The position numbers and the translations under genes were made by a program. A stretch of DNA of 64,000 nt from Lepidodermella squamata. Taxonomy: Eukaryota; Animalia; Gastrotricha. The stretch's first letter is position 1. Every line of letters starts with the position of its first letter. Below the pieces are notes generated by a model, which saw nothing but the letters and a program-made list of their open reading frames with translations, did no database searches and was not told where the DNA came from. Location of the stretch: positions 3,038,001-3,102,000 of the forward strand of contig JBLDXI010000019.1 of assembly GCA_047495785.1 (NCBI GenBank). The letters are read 5' to 3'. Positions 25,182-37,850 of the stretch are shown here, in pieces.

Positions 25182-25614
25182 ATGAATATGCTCTCTTGGA
25201 CAATACTTTGTGTAATTCCAACTGCCAACATCGCTTGCGATAGATCTGGAGTTCAATCATTTCATCATTTGATAACTGAGCCCATCGTTCCTAATCAGAC
25301 CCACCTCCTCGAGCTAAGTACGGAAAATCATAATTATCAATGCCTTTTCTAACAATTAGTGTGTTTTCACAGAGTACTTTGTTGACAAAGTTGCGGATTT
25401 CGGCAGGTTGGATTTGATGAAAGATTTGATCCAAGCTGTTCAAAACGAGCGTCTCAGCCGAGCCGCAGCAAAAAAGGATAAGATGCTGAAGAAGCGCAGC
25501 AAGAGCAAGAGATCAAGGAAGCCTGTCAATAATTTACACAAGCTACCGTCGCCCAGAATGATAAAGCTACAGGAAAAGAGTCCATTACGCCATTCACCAG
25601 TTTATTCCGCGTGA
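25182..25614 (+). CDS. Small secreted family protein K (Cys-less, Lys/Arg-rich tail), exons 25182-25317, 25373-25614
   Basis: TATATAA at 25112; MNMLSWTILCVIPTANIA; same phase-1 intron GTACGG..TCACAG; KYFVDKVADFGRLDLMKDLIQAVQNERL then KKRSKSKRSRK tail. Confidence 0.72.
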
Positions 25615-25822
25615 CGCCATTGTTTTTGTGATTCGTTTCCACGGCGAAATAATTTCAGTAAAAAATAACCGTAATAGTATAACATTTACATATGCTCGAT
25701 TAGACTTCTCAAGTCAGTGAATTAGACATTCGACAACTGCTAGTTCGCATTGGCTATAGTCGTTCCAAGATATCTAACTGCGGGTTCGTAGCACATTTAC
25801 AGCACTTCTATTTCGTATTATA

Positions 25823-26267
25823 CCGTATTTTACGAATATTAGGCAGGACCCAAATATAGGGCAGAACCGGAATAAAGGGCAGAGGGTAATGGTCATTTGA
25901 AATAATATAGGGCAGAACCGTATTAATAGGCAGGGCCTTATATGAAGTGGCTTATATGAGCGCCTGCTGGATAAGTGGTTAAAGTTGGATAGGTTGCGAT
26001 TTTTCATCGGTAAGTGCAATAATCGTCCTTTATCCACCTTAATCCACTTGAGCAAACATTTCACGCGTGTAGTCACAGGTGGAAGGCAGTAGCTATAGTG
26101 GTTATTCGGCGGTTTTCACTGTTGATCTAGGTACTCTTCAAGAGACTGATTAGGTTCGAAAAATTAAAGGGCAGAACCGAAATTAAGGGCAGACCCTAAA
26201 TACAGGGCAGGACTTGAACCTCGTTTGAAAAAATACAGGGCAGGGTCTTATAATTCGTAAAATACGG
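25823..26267. mobile_element. pogo/Tigger-type MITE
   Basis: TA-CCGTATTTTACGAAT ... ATTCGTAAAATACGG-TA; internal AGGGCAGAACCG repeats. Confidence 0.85.
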
Positions 26268-26756
26268 TAATTGAAACACAAACCCTTATGAAATTAGCCT
26301 TTTTCTGAATCCAATCGAGGCAGATCATTCAGGAGAATGAATTGAGTCATGAAATTACATAGAAATTTCAGAAATTTAATTGTCTTCAATTAAGTCGAAA
26401 ATGTATTGTAAATAGTGCAACGTACTAGCATCTAATTTGTACGCTGTGATTAATTCTGCTCATCGCCGCTTAAAATTTACAATTGGGACAATTACAAACG
26501 GGAAATGCTTCAAGTGTGCGTTAATTTGCAGCCTGATGCCTGAAATATTCTGAGTATTTTGCAACTCGTTTGCAATAACAGAGCAACGAACGACGTTGTA
26601 ACATGTACGTTGTGATAAGTTTGTTCCCGCGAATGGGTAAAATGGGTTCTATTTCATTACAGCTTCTAATTGAGCAGGTCGATTGCCATTGACAAGCGCG
26701 CTGTATGCATCATAGCATTATCATAACATGTCCTGTTTATAAATTGTGATTGATGT

Positions 26757-26779
26757 CCCGGTAAGACTAAAGCTATAAA
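26757..26779 (+). promoter_or_regulatory. Core promoter CCC(A)GGTA-N~12-TATAAAT shared by genes L, N, O
   Basis: Same arrangement at ~26757, ~35613 and ~40283, ~55-60 nt upstream of each ATG. Confidence 0.55.
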
Positions 26780-26831
26780 TCCACCGAAAAGCGCTCTCTT
26801 GTTTCGAATCCGCGAATTTTGAGGCAAGATA

Positions 26832-27180
26832 ATGAAAGTCTACTTGATAGTATTACTAGCATTTTTCGCGGCAGTAAATGCATCACCGCTACATATCGGG
26901 GAAACTACTGAACTTGTTATGCTAAGTAAGCAGTGTAACCATATATTGTAGCCCTCTTTAATAATGTTAATCCATTATAGGGCAACATGTCGCTAAGCTG
27001 GTTGAAAAAAGCGATACAGAAGGGCTAACCTTGTTGGTTTCAGCGGCACGACACAGGCAGCAGCGAATGCGCATGGGCAAATGCTTGGCCAAACTTGGTT
27101 CGTGGTCCATCAGTAACCACACAGTTGGCTTCTACTTGTGGGCTCAACTTCTGGCAAGAGACATTATGGCTGGAAACTAG
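26832..27180 (+). CDS. Small secreted family protein L (second Cys replaced by Ser; not in ORF track), exons 26832-26925, 26981-27180
   Basis: MKVYLIVLLAFFAAVNASPL; intron GTAAGC..TTATAG; CLAKLGSWSISNHTVGFYLWAQLLARDIMAGN*. Confidence 0.88.
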
Positions 27181-28032
27181 TTGACTGCTATTGTCAAGCC
27201 GTATTCATTTTTTCCTCGGCGAAATAAACTGCAATCATGAATATTCATTTTTTTAATTCGTGCATCGCTGGAATGAAAAACATATTATCACAGCCCAACA
27301 GTAACTGCCCAACAGTAAGAGAAAATAATCTTTAAAAATCGACATTACAAGCATTACCATCGAAAATAGTCCTGATTCCTGATACATTTTTGCGATCGCA
27401 TATATTTCATTACCCTTCTTCGGATTCTTCTCGTCGCTCAGCCAAATTCTAATAATGTATTCGAACCACTGGGTGCTCACATGACAAGACATAAATCAGC
27501 AACGTACAACAGGATTTAAATAGCGAATGTAACATCTGCTGGCCTTTTGACATTGAGCTGATTAGATAGACGGCTACACACCTAATTTTTTTAATTGATT
27601 TTGATCAAGGTATAAGTAATTATTGTCACAAATTCCGATCGTTGTTGTTATGATGTTCCAATATAAGACACAAAAAGGCATCAGTAATTGAATCTTTCGA
27701 TTCGGACAGACGTCTCACAATCAATCAGAGGAGACGTTTGATCAATTTGCGAAATTTATTGTCATCTTGACTATAATTTCGTGATCTTGGTTTCGAGAAA
27801 GAAAGGATAGGTCTATGGCTGAGATCGAATTTCTCAGAAAACCCATGCCGTCCCGACAGTGATTGGTTGGATTAAAAAGGCATCTCTATTACTTCAGCCA
27901 ATCTTTCCAACGATTATATATCCCCTATTATTTAGGAATGGGCAAACCGACCATCCATCGAATCCTTTCGGAAATAGCCTATCGCAGCAGCAAGATGATT
28001 AATTTTTTCCTCTACGAACCCGTTAAATGAAA

Positions 28033-28682
28033 GGTTGTATGACAACTGAGCAACGACAACTGTGAATACGACAATTCGACAGCGACAATTCAACAAACGT
28101 CAATTCGGCAATATTTTTTTATTCGATCGAAAACGACAACTCGGCAAACGACTATTCGGTAGTGAAAATTTATCGTACCCTAGGGCGACAATTCGGCAGA
28201 AGACAACTCGACAAATCACTAATACTGAAACGACAACTCAGCATTAGCCATAGATCATAGATATCAAATTTTAAGAGCCACGCAGTACACATACAATAAC
28301 CGTCAGATACATATTTCAAGCCTGTCGTAAAAACCAGGGTCGAAATGGGCATGCTCGCTCCGATCGCATAGCCTTCTTAACCATGATATTCTTGCTCAAT
28401 CTAGGACATTAAATTTTGTCCCGTTCACTGGTTTAATCTCAATCTTTCTCAAACGTGGCAGAAATTTATTCTTGCCGAGTTGTCGTTTCCTCATATTAGT
28501 GATTTTCATCATGTCGAGTTGTCGTTTTTCCGAATTGTCGAAGTTGGACACTCTGCTCAATATTCGTTTGCCGAATTGTCGTTTTCGGTCCTTAAATATT
28601 TTAGTGTCGAATTGACGTTTCCCGAATAGTCGTACCGAGTCATCGCATGTTTAATAGTCGCTTGCTCAGTTGTCGCCACACC
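28033..28682. mobile_element. Non-autonomous TIR element with ACGACAATTCGGCAA subterminal repeats
   Basis: Inverted ends GACAACTGAGCAA / TTGCTCAGTTGTC; near-perfect 8-bp TSD AAATGAAA/AAATGGAA; second copy at 37325. Confidence 0.8.
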
Positions 28683-29384
28683 AAATGGAATAATCCTAAA
28701 CGTTAAAACACATATCCAAAGAAATTCTAGTTACTCCAGTGTCGTTACGGCAACTGTTATTTATAAATAACAGCGGGCTTCTGTTGTTTATAACAATAAA
28801 ATATATATGTAGGGTTGCTCAAAACTAAATATATTAGTTTTGACTTTCTCTTCCAGACTTTCTAGCGGTTTCTAACAAAAAGGTTAGCAAGTAGTTCCAA
28901 AAAGGTCTTCGACACGTATCATTCAGCCGTCAATTGTTTCACCTGCGCGCAGATTTACCGGCATAGCCAACTCGTTAGCCAGCGGTTTACTGTCAGATAT
29001 AACGTTTTGATAAAACAGGTTTTTCATTCTAGAACTTCTCTCGTATTTGATTCAATATTTAATACCTGAGGGACCGAATAAATACGCGATTAATAAAATG
29101 CAAGCGTCAAAATTCGGCATCTCATAGCATAATGAAACTCTAGCCTAATGCAAAGCCATCACTATAGAGATGTGAATACTTGCTTCTTGCAATCACCCGC
29201 GGTCATTTTGTAAATAGCAATGCTAACTGCGGGTGCTATTAGGCGCAAATGTAAGCAAATATCGCTACCCTCAGGCGCGATCAACGATCATCTATAGATG
29301 CGTGAATAAACAAATAAACGCGTTAGAAATCGGAAAGATCTGAGCTACTTTTTTGCACCTGCTTTCTCCTTACGAGTCATTGCG

Positions 29385-30738
29385 ATGGATCCAAGAGGTT
29401 ACTACTACTACAACCAAGCACCCCAGTTCCGACACTTGGAGTCGGTACGATCCGATAGCGATAAAGTTACAACTGATGATGCAATCAGCGAAGTGGACAG
29501 TGGACTCAATTCAGTAGTTCCTAATATCTCAGCTGAAATCAGACAATACAAATTGGTATGCTTTTAGCACTGAAATTTTATACCATTAATCAACTTCTCA
29601 ATTAAAGTATCACGATCTCGTTCTTGCTATCCATCGCGATGATGCATTTGAGGTGGATCGCCTCATTAACTACAACGCAAATGTGAGCAACCCGGATAAT
29701 ATTCTCAACATGGAGTACATCCTATTCAAAATTCATGGCGATGACATTGACCTAGGCGGTGATACCATCATCCACAAAGCCGCACGAATGGGTCGGACCA
29801 ATCAAGTGGCCCAACTAATGAAAATGTACTTCAAACTTCATGCGAACGATATAAGAGATACGTCAGTCTCTCGAGTTTTATGCCAATTGCTGAATAGAAA
29901 GGGAGAAACGATTTTGCACGCCGCGGCTGCAGCTGGCAGGCCACATGTTGTCGAGATAATCTTCAAAACAATTTACACCCATCAACCACCTCCTGTAACT
30001 CCAGAAAGGACTCCGCCGAGTCGTCGGAAATTGCTGAGGACCATGTCAAGTCGAAGCTCTGAGCGGAGTGGTGTTGATATTGATGAATTCATCAATTGCC
30101 AACATGAGCAGGTCGAAAGAAGGACCGCCTTGCATCTAACAGCTAGCTACCAGCCCCTTGTTGCTAATAACCCGACAGATATCGCGAATTACGTCAGCCA
30201 AGGCAATTACGGCGGGGTGAATTGCTCGCCTGGGTATGGCTACGCATCACTGAACAGGAACTCCGGCCATTGCATGGTTGCAGATTTGCTCATCTACCAC
30301 GGGGCGAATGTTGATGAGATTGATATGCATGGCATGAACGCTTTTCATCTTTCAGTCATGAATGGCAATGTCGAAATTGCGAAGCAGCTGTTCGATCAAC
30401 AGCCAAGTTTGATAAATGATGTGACAAGCGACGGCTGGCAGAGGACCCCGCTTCATCTTGCGATACAGCAAGCTCAGGCGATTTTTGAGCTAACCGTTGT
30501 GCCTTCTGCTTCAACTTCACATGCGTTGACGTTTCGAGGGTGTTCTCAGCTGGCACAGTACCCCGAAAGTATGCAACGGGCTTTGGATATGATTGATTGG
30601 CTAATGCAAAACGGTGCGGATCATCAGAAGCGTGATGCGGCTGGCCGATTGCCGCAGCACACCTTGTTAATTGGGGACCCATCTCGTGAGAAAATAGAAC
30701 TGATCAGAGCCCTGAATCGATATGGGCTATATCAATGA
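29385..30738 (+). CDS. Ankyrin-repeat protein, copy 2, IkB/Cactus-like layout (exons 29385-29555, 29608-30738)
   Basis: Exon 1 encodes DSGLNS (29496-29513); 52-nt GT-AG intron joins in frame to about six ANK repeats; ends RYGLYQ. Confidence 0.9.
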
Positions 30739-31806
30739 ATCCTTGTAAGCATGCATTGTCGAGCAAAATATTGTTTAGTGAGATATAATTGTGAGTCGTT
30801 GTGGTTTGTGATTGTTGAGAATAAATTCGTCAACTTTAGGTCATAAGTATTAGGTTTTCTGAAGAGAGAGATACCGATTTTTTTATTTCTTATTTTCCCG
30901 AACGAAGCTCGAAGCTCGAAGGCACATTTACAGATCCACGGCGGTCTCCTCCAGGCAATGAAAAGCTGCGAAAGGCTTGTTTTCGATTTTCGATGCGAAT
31001 CAATTGCGCGCTCCCAATTGGTCGATTCGAAATAAACGGGGGAATCTCGCTAATGACACTGCAAAACAGAACAGCCGTAGACTTATTCCTACATATTCCT
31101 AGCTAATAATCTAGATATTAATCTAATAATCTAAAATTAGTTTTACCTCCGAAGAAACCACTATTTTGATCATTTTCTACCTGGGATTCAAAGGATTTGT
31201 TCACTTGAGATTGAAGCAAATTATTCGTGAAAAGCGGCGCCCCTAAGGTGACTCCATTAGCTATTCTGAGGCTCTACATAGTGGAATCTGTTATCTTGGA
31301 AGTTGAAACTGTCTGGTGTCTAATTATCCAGGAACAGTGTATCCGTCGCGCTCTTCAGAATCTGCAGAATCTGTGTGAAACGTGTCAGATTCTTCAGAAT
31401 CGACTGAGTATCTCAGTAAAAGAACGATTCGAGCACGTTGAGTTCAGTGGATTTTATAGAAGGTTGGCTGGGGAAGCGATAAACATGTGGACAGCTGACA
31501 GACCTGATTGTCGCTTCAAGAGCTCCATATTATGACGCAATTCGACTAAGTGTACACGAATCTCGAGCTGCTGTGCCAAGAAACGAACGAAGTGTATGAT
31601 AAAGATAAGTCCTTAGTCGCTTTAGTTGGTCCGAATCTACCAAGGGCTAAGTCTTCCCAATCGATGGTTACCCACGTTCGCAACTATCCTGCAGACAACT
31701 TTATGAAACAAGCGGACAACCGAATACACCCAGTGTTCATGAGGAAAGTAAATATTAATATTTGTCCTGAAGTTGCTTTTGAAATTGTCTTCGAAAGGTT
31801 TGAAAA

Positions 31807-32288
31807 ATGCTCCCTTGGTCTGCGTGATTCCAACTGTCTGCATCGCTTGCGTAGATCCGGTGTTCAATCATCCGGCGTTCCTCGTCAGACCTACCTTTCC
31901 GAGCTAAGGAAGCAAAATCGTAATAATCAACTTACTTTTTCAACGATTGAACCGGTTTTAAAGAGTACTTCGTTGAAAAGTTGCGGATGTTGGCAGAGAG
32001 GATTTGGTGAAAGATTTGCTACATGCTGTTCAGAACGAACGCATCAGCCGAGCCGCAGCCAAATAAGATAAGATTATGATTAAGCGTGGCAAGACCAAGA
32101 GATCAAGGAAGCCTGACAACAATTCAGCCAAGATTCCGTCACCCAGAACCACTAACCTAGAGACTAATAACAATCAGCCAACACCCTTAAATCCACACGA
32201 CCCCCACGTTTATCGGCAATCATCGGCAATCATCGGCAATCATCAAAATGGCTTTGTGTTACTCGCTTCAGCTCAGAAAAGCTTTTAA
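31807..32288 (+). pseudogene. Pseudogene copy of gene K
   Basis: Aligns with 25182-25614 including upstream GTAAATATTAATATTTG; early TGA, donor changed to GG, frameshifts. Confidence 0.8.
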
Positions 32289-32647
32289 TGTCAATAATGT
32301 CAGCGCGGGACCTACAGGGTGACTTTTTTATAGTGGCAATATAACTAATACTTGCGAAATCGTGCATTCATATATGAGTACTGTTCGCAAGAATGACCTG
32401 GTTTTGTACGAGCAACGCGTCCCATATTAGCAAAAGATGTTTTTTGCAGTGATTTGGCGTGCGGCGCGTTTCAGTACTTGGCACTGTTCTCTCGGTTTTA
32501 TTAGTGGCTCGGGTTGCAAGAGTTTGAAGAAATCGACAGCAACTGCGTGGGGCAATAAAAAGCTAGGGCATTGCGCAGCTACCATTCAGTCCTAAAATTT
32601 GCCGGTGCATATGGTTAGCTTATAAGAAATTCGTTTGTTTTTCGTAA

Positions 32648-33063
32648 ATGGTTAATTCGCCAAAAGCCAAAAGCTCGCCCGGAGGTGGCTCTGGAATACA
32701 GCGAAAAAGAAAAAGGACATGGGAGTTAGATCCTGGCGTAACGCTCGATAACCTTCCTCCCATGCCAGGTCTTCCCACAAAAGACATTTTACTTGATTTG
32801 CGTGAGTATTTTAAAAGAATATTTAAGAAATATTGCTAAAAAAATGTTGTAATTTAGCCAAAGAAAACTCGAATTGGGGAGACCACGAGGTCAACGTGTG
32901 TCGCGCATTTGTTAAATTTCTACGAGTCACGGGCCGCAAAGCCACGAAATTCAATTTGCGCGTATATATCGAATTTATCGACAGCATTTATCGCGCTCGA
33001 TTGCCGGGTCGCTCTGCGACTTCCATCGTCGCCAAGGCTCGTTCTCTCCTTGAGGACGATTAA
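32648..33063 (+). CDS. Second transposon-borne gene, 119 aa, NLS plus Myb/SANT-like segment (exons 32648-32801, 32858-33063)
   Basis: Two adjacent ORFs join in frame via GTGAGT..ATTTAG; RKRKR; WGDHE...LPGRSATSIVAK resembles Myb W-x-x-x-E...LPGRT. Confidence 0.65.
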
Positions 33064-33201
33064 AAAAACTGGTGTTGAGTTGAGAAGGTGAACTATTGCG
33101 CGATTCTGAAAGAAATAAATTGACGACATTGGAAAAAAACCGATTTTTTTATTCAAATTTCTGAACTTTTAAAACCATCCTCACACAATCACACCTTGAA
33201 A

Positions 33202-34314
33202 CTAGCGAAAAAGCTGTTCAAAATGCTGGCCGCCATGCGCAATGCATGATCGAACGCGCTCCTGCCAATTTCTCCGCACATTAGCCAACGCTTCCTGCGT
33301 AACCTCTCCACAGGCGACTCGGATTCTTTCCTTCAGTTCATCCATACTGTCGATTCGCCCCCGATAAACTTTGTCTTTGAGGTGACCCCATAGGTAAAAA
33401 TCGAGTGGCGTTAGATCCGGGGAACGAGGAGGCCACGGTACCGGACCTCCGCGCCCAACCCACCGGTGCGGAAATCGTCGATCCAACCATTTGCGCACCT
33501 TGAGAGACCAGTGTGATGGGGCGCCGTCCTGCATAAACATGCTTCTAGGACCCACACGTTCTCGAATCAGCGGCCACAGCCATTGAACGAGCATCTTCAA
33601 ATATTTCGCGCCATTAACACTGCCCTCGAAAAAATAGGGACCAATTATCGTGTCGCGAAAGATTCCACACCAAACGTCGACGCGTTCTGCACCCTGGTCT
33701 TGATTATCAATTATCTCATGTGGGTTGGATGTCGACCAGTGACGGAAGTTTTGCACGTTCACCTTACCACTTAAGCGAAATTTAGCCTCATCGCCAACCA
33801 GTATGTCCCACACGAAACCGATTTCAGATTCACATTGAGCGTCAAACCACCCCGAAAAATTTAATCGCAGTTCGAAATCGGCGGGCTTAAGTGATTGCAC
33901 ATGGCGCAATTTATAAGGGTGAAATCCATTTTTTTTCAAAATTAATCTGATTCTTTCAGGGCTATAATTCAGCTCTCGACTGGCATCGCGAAGTGACTTG
34001 TTGGGATGTTGCGTAAAGTAATTGATAACCACATTTTCGACTTGATTCGTTGGAAGTTGATTTCTAGGCAAATCCGTCATCACCCCTAATGCAGAAAAAA
34101 TAATTCCGATTAATCACCTTCGTGAGCTAAGTAATGAATTATTACCTGTGTTTACAAGGCGCGTGTAGTTTCTTTTAACCGTGTTAACAGATGGCTTCGG
34201 TCTAGTAGGATGTTTAGATCGAAATAATCGTGCCGCCAGACTCGCATTCTTTTTCTCATGATATAGCAGCGCCATTTCCGCGCGTTCGACAGGTGAGTAG
34301 TAAGAACCAGGCAT
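33202..34314 (-). CDS. DD41D transposase, exons 34314-34146, 34085-33202
   Basis: N-terminal HTH region; GDEAKF, QDGAPSH, WPPRSPDLTPLDF with 41 residues between 2nd and 3rd Asp; ends GGQHFEQLF. Confidence 0.93.
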
Positions 34315-35693
34315 TTTTTTTTCAGAGAAAATTTTGCACTGACAGATGTGACTAACGACAATTATTCGTGCACCTGTTAAATTGTTTCGCATTCGTTGGG
34401 GCTCAACATGACCTAGGTCGCGGCGGCACTGTTAATTATTACGCGCTCAATCACTGCCAAGTTTTTTTACATGTAAACATGTCTAATCTGATTCTACAGG
34501 ATATCGACATCGGGCTGTGCAAGTACTCGCTATACAAGCGTAATGCAGTACTACACGCAAATATTGCTAAGAAAGATTATTGCCACTATAAAAAAGTCAC
34601 CCTGTATAATTGAACCGGGAACCTGCGCTATTTCAAAAGTACAGCGTATAGTACTTCTCATCGCGCTATTTTCGTTACTGTTGCGCATCGATTGCGCAAG
34701 CTGCCCTCTCTTGGGTGAATAAGCTTTCAAATAAATAATAAATAAAATCGAACTTTATTTCCTTTTACCTTCGTCTTTACCGGGCAACGTTAATTTGCAA
34801 AGACTATGCATTTCGTTAGCATCGAATTTTTCACGCACTGTGAACGACAAACGCTCATGAAATCATGAAATTATGTAGTTCCTGCAGAACTAATTACCGA
34901 GACAGATCATCCGGGAGGGTGGAGCCATTTGGACTCAAGTGACTTTTGTCCTTGTTTAAATAAAAAATCATAAAATGTCCTAAAAAGTCGGAAATGCCTA
35001 GTAAAAGAGCAACGTACTAATTTGTCGTCTAATTTTTACGCTGCGATTGATTTTGCTCAGCCGAACGGGCGAATGGGCCGCTTTTCATTATATTAGAATA
35101 CCGTAAAAAACGAAATTGGGTGCCATGTTTTTATAGTTTCAAACCAAGAGAAATGCGAGGGTTTATTACAGAGTTTATTAATACTGAGTACCGAGGCCGC
35201 AATAAAAATCGTGCATGGCACTCGCCTGCTTTGTAATTCAGCCAGAATTGCTAGAGCTAAAGCTAAGTGTTTCCTGAAATTTGATAAAAACAGCAAGACG
35301 CGGCCAAACTTCTGAATATTCTTGCTCACTTCGTGACTCATATGTAACGATAGGCAAAACACTGCTTCCTTGTCGGGCTGGGGCGTACCTCATGCCTATA
35401 GCGTAACGGCACGTTTAGGACTCGGGCGACCCTCAACAATAACAGAGCAACGGACGAGCATGTACGTTGCGATATGCGATATGTTTGTTCAACCGAATGG
35501 GTAAAATGGTCTGTATTTCTTTACTGCGTTTATAATTGAGTAGGTCGATTACAAATGACAAGCTCTTTGCGTCCATCATCATAACGTCCCGTTAATTAGT
35601 CGTGAGGATTGTCCCAGGTAGATGGAAAGGTATAAATCGACTGATGAGCGCTCTCTCGCTCCGGATCCACTGATTTACTTTTGCTGCAAAACA

Positions 35694-36228
35694 ATGAACG
35701 TCTACTTGATTGTTATTCTAACGTGTATCATGACAGTAAACGCATCACCTCTACCAGTCGGGCAAAGTACGGAGAACAGTGTGGTCCAACTTGCTATGCT
35801 AAGTAAGCTTTTTAACCATGTATTTTAGCCCCCATCAATTAACTATTCCATCTTTCATCGAATACTAGCCATGGCTGGCCGAGCTCGAAGAATAGTGAAA
35901 AAATCGGGAAATTATTCGAGGGGGCTTTTATTCGAGGTAATTTTAGAACCCCGAACCATCACATCATCACTTAAATCAAGCTGATAAGCTGGTAGGAGCA
36001 GCTTTACACATGTTTTATTTCACTGTAGGGCAACATGTCGCTAAGCTGCTTGAAACAAGAGACATCGAAGGGATAGCCTTGCTGGTTTCAACGGCACGAC
36101 AAAGGCAGCAGCGAATGCGAACGGGCGAATGCTTGGCCAAACTGGGTTCATGGTCGATCTGGAACCACACCGTTGGCTTCTACTTGTGGGCCCAACTTCC
36201 GGCAGGAGACATCATGGCTGGAAACTAA
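35694..36228 (+). CDS. Small secreted family protein N (second Cys replaced by Trp), exons 35694-35802, 36029-36228
   Basis: MNVYLIVILTCIMTVNASPLPVG; intron enlarged to 226 nt by an insertion; CLAKLGSWSIWNHTVGFYLWAQLPAGDIMAGN*. Confidence 0.8.
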
Positions 36229-37324
36229 CAGCCAGCACTTGCTAAGCCTTATTCCTTTATTTCTCGTAAAAAAATAAACTTGGATTAGAAATATTCGTCT
36301 TTTTCAAATTCATCACGGTTCTTTGAAAGGCTTGCATTTTTGAGGAAGTTTAAAAATGAAATTCGAAATTATTGCTGATTGAGTTTTGCGATCGCAAATA
36401 TTTCATTTGCTTACACTTCATCAGTTCTTTCGATTCTTCTCATCGCTCGTTGCCTAATTATTCTAATAATTATGCATCGGAACCACGGAATGCTCAAACG
36501 AAAAGGATCTTAGACCACGAGGCAGGAATGGAGTGAATGAAACATCATCTGCTAGCCTATTGACTATTGACGGTGAACTGATGAAATGGACGGCAATATA
36601 ACTAGTTTTCAAAAAATTTTGATTGAGGTAATTGATTCTCCGCAGATTCCGATCGGTTCCGTTTTCATGTTGCAATACACGACACTAATGTAAAATTGCA
36701 TCATGTTTATTGAATCGGCGTTCGATTTAGACAGGCGTCTCATAATCGATAGCAGGAGACCTTCAATTTAGGGCTGCAAATAGTGCACCACCATGCCACC
36801 ATTGGTGGTGGGGACATTTCCAAGTCAAAACGCTGATTTTGTTGGAAGTTACCGCCGGAGGCGATTTTTGAAAATGTTTGAATTTTTGGTTGAATTTTCA
36901 ACAATAAAATGATTTCTCAAATCGACATCATATTCATAAGTCTAATTTTGATTTCCCATTTCTCCATATAACTATTTAATTGTTTGGAATTTGGGGAAGC
37001 AAAATATTATATTCGGAATCTGCGCAAAAAATTGGGTTGCTCAGTTTAATTGCGCACAGTTATCGTAAAAATTTGTGAAGAAATGTTAAGGTAAATAAAT
37101 TGAACGTAATACGCGTGAGACTCTCACGCGCAAGCACCTCACGCCCTCGTGTGCGATCCCTAAATGCGCACGGTGGAGCGCGTTGTTGGCTGGCGCTTGC
37201 TGTTGTTGGCTGTTATTATTATCATGTTATTATTATCTGAGTGCACGGCCGGTCGCGTGTCGTTTTTATTATTTAGAGTGCAAAGGTCGCACGCTCCGTC
37301 GTTGCTGCCATTTGTCTTCTCTGT

Positions 37325-37850
37325 GGTTGTATGCAAATTGAGCAACGACAAATGGGTATACTACAATTCGGCCGCGAATTGAACAAAGGTCAATTCAGCA
37401 ATATTTTGTTATTCGATCGGAAACGACACTTCGATCGGCAAACGGCTACTCGGCATTGAAAATCCATCGAACCCTTAAGCGACAATTCGGCAGAAGACAA
37501 TTCGACAAATCACTAATACTGAAACGACAACTCCGCAATAGCTATAGATATCAAATTTCGAGCAGAGCCACATTACACTTAAAATAACCGTCAGATACAT
37601 TTTTCAAGCCTGTCGGAATGGGCTTGCTTGCTCCGCTTGCATGGCCTTTTTATCCTTGATAAAAATCCTTTTATTTTTGCTCAATCCAGGATAATAAATT
37701 CTGTCCCTATCGAATTCAGGCTATCGAATTGTCGAAATAGGACACTCTGCCCAATAATCGTTTGCCGAATTGTCGTTTCGAATTGACGTTTGCCGAGTCG
37801 TACTGAGTCGTCGCATGTTGAATAATCGCTTGCTCAGTTGTCGCGACACC
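37325..37850. mobile_element. Second, internally deleted copy of the 28033-28682 element
   Basis: Shared ends and internal sequence (GACAAATCACTAATACTGAAACGACAACTC). Confidence 0.75.

Larger units (their letters stand above)
32315..34604. mobile_element. Complete Tc1/mariner-superfamily transposon, DD41D (rosa/Visitor) type, 2290 bp
   Basis: Identical 27-bp TIRs CAGGGTGACTTTTTTATAGTGGCAATA, TA TSD, intact transposase. Confidence 0.95.

Noticed and set aside
31227-31740. ORF fragments repeated at 46659-47085
   Set aside because: Frames differ between the copies; duplicated degenerate sequence of unknown origin, not a supportable gene
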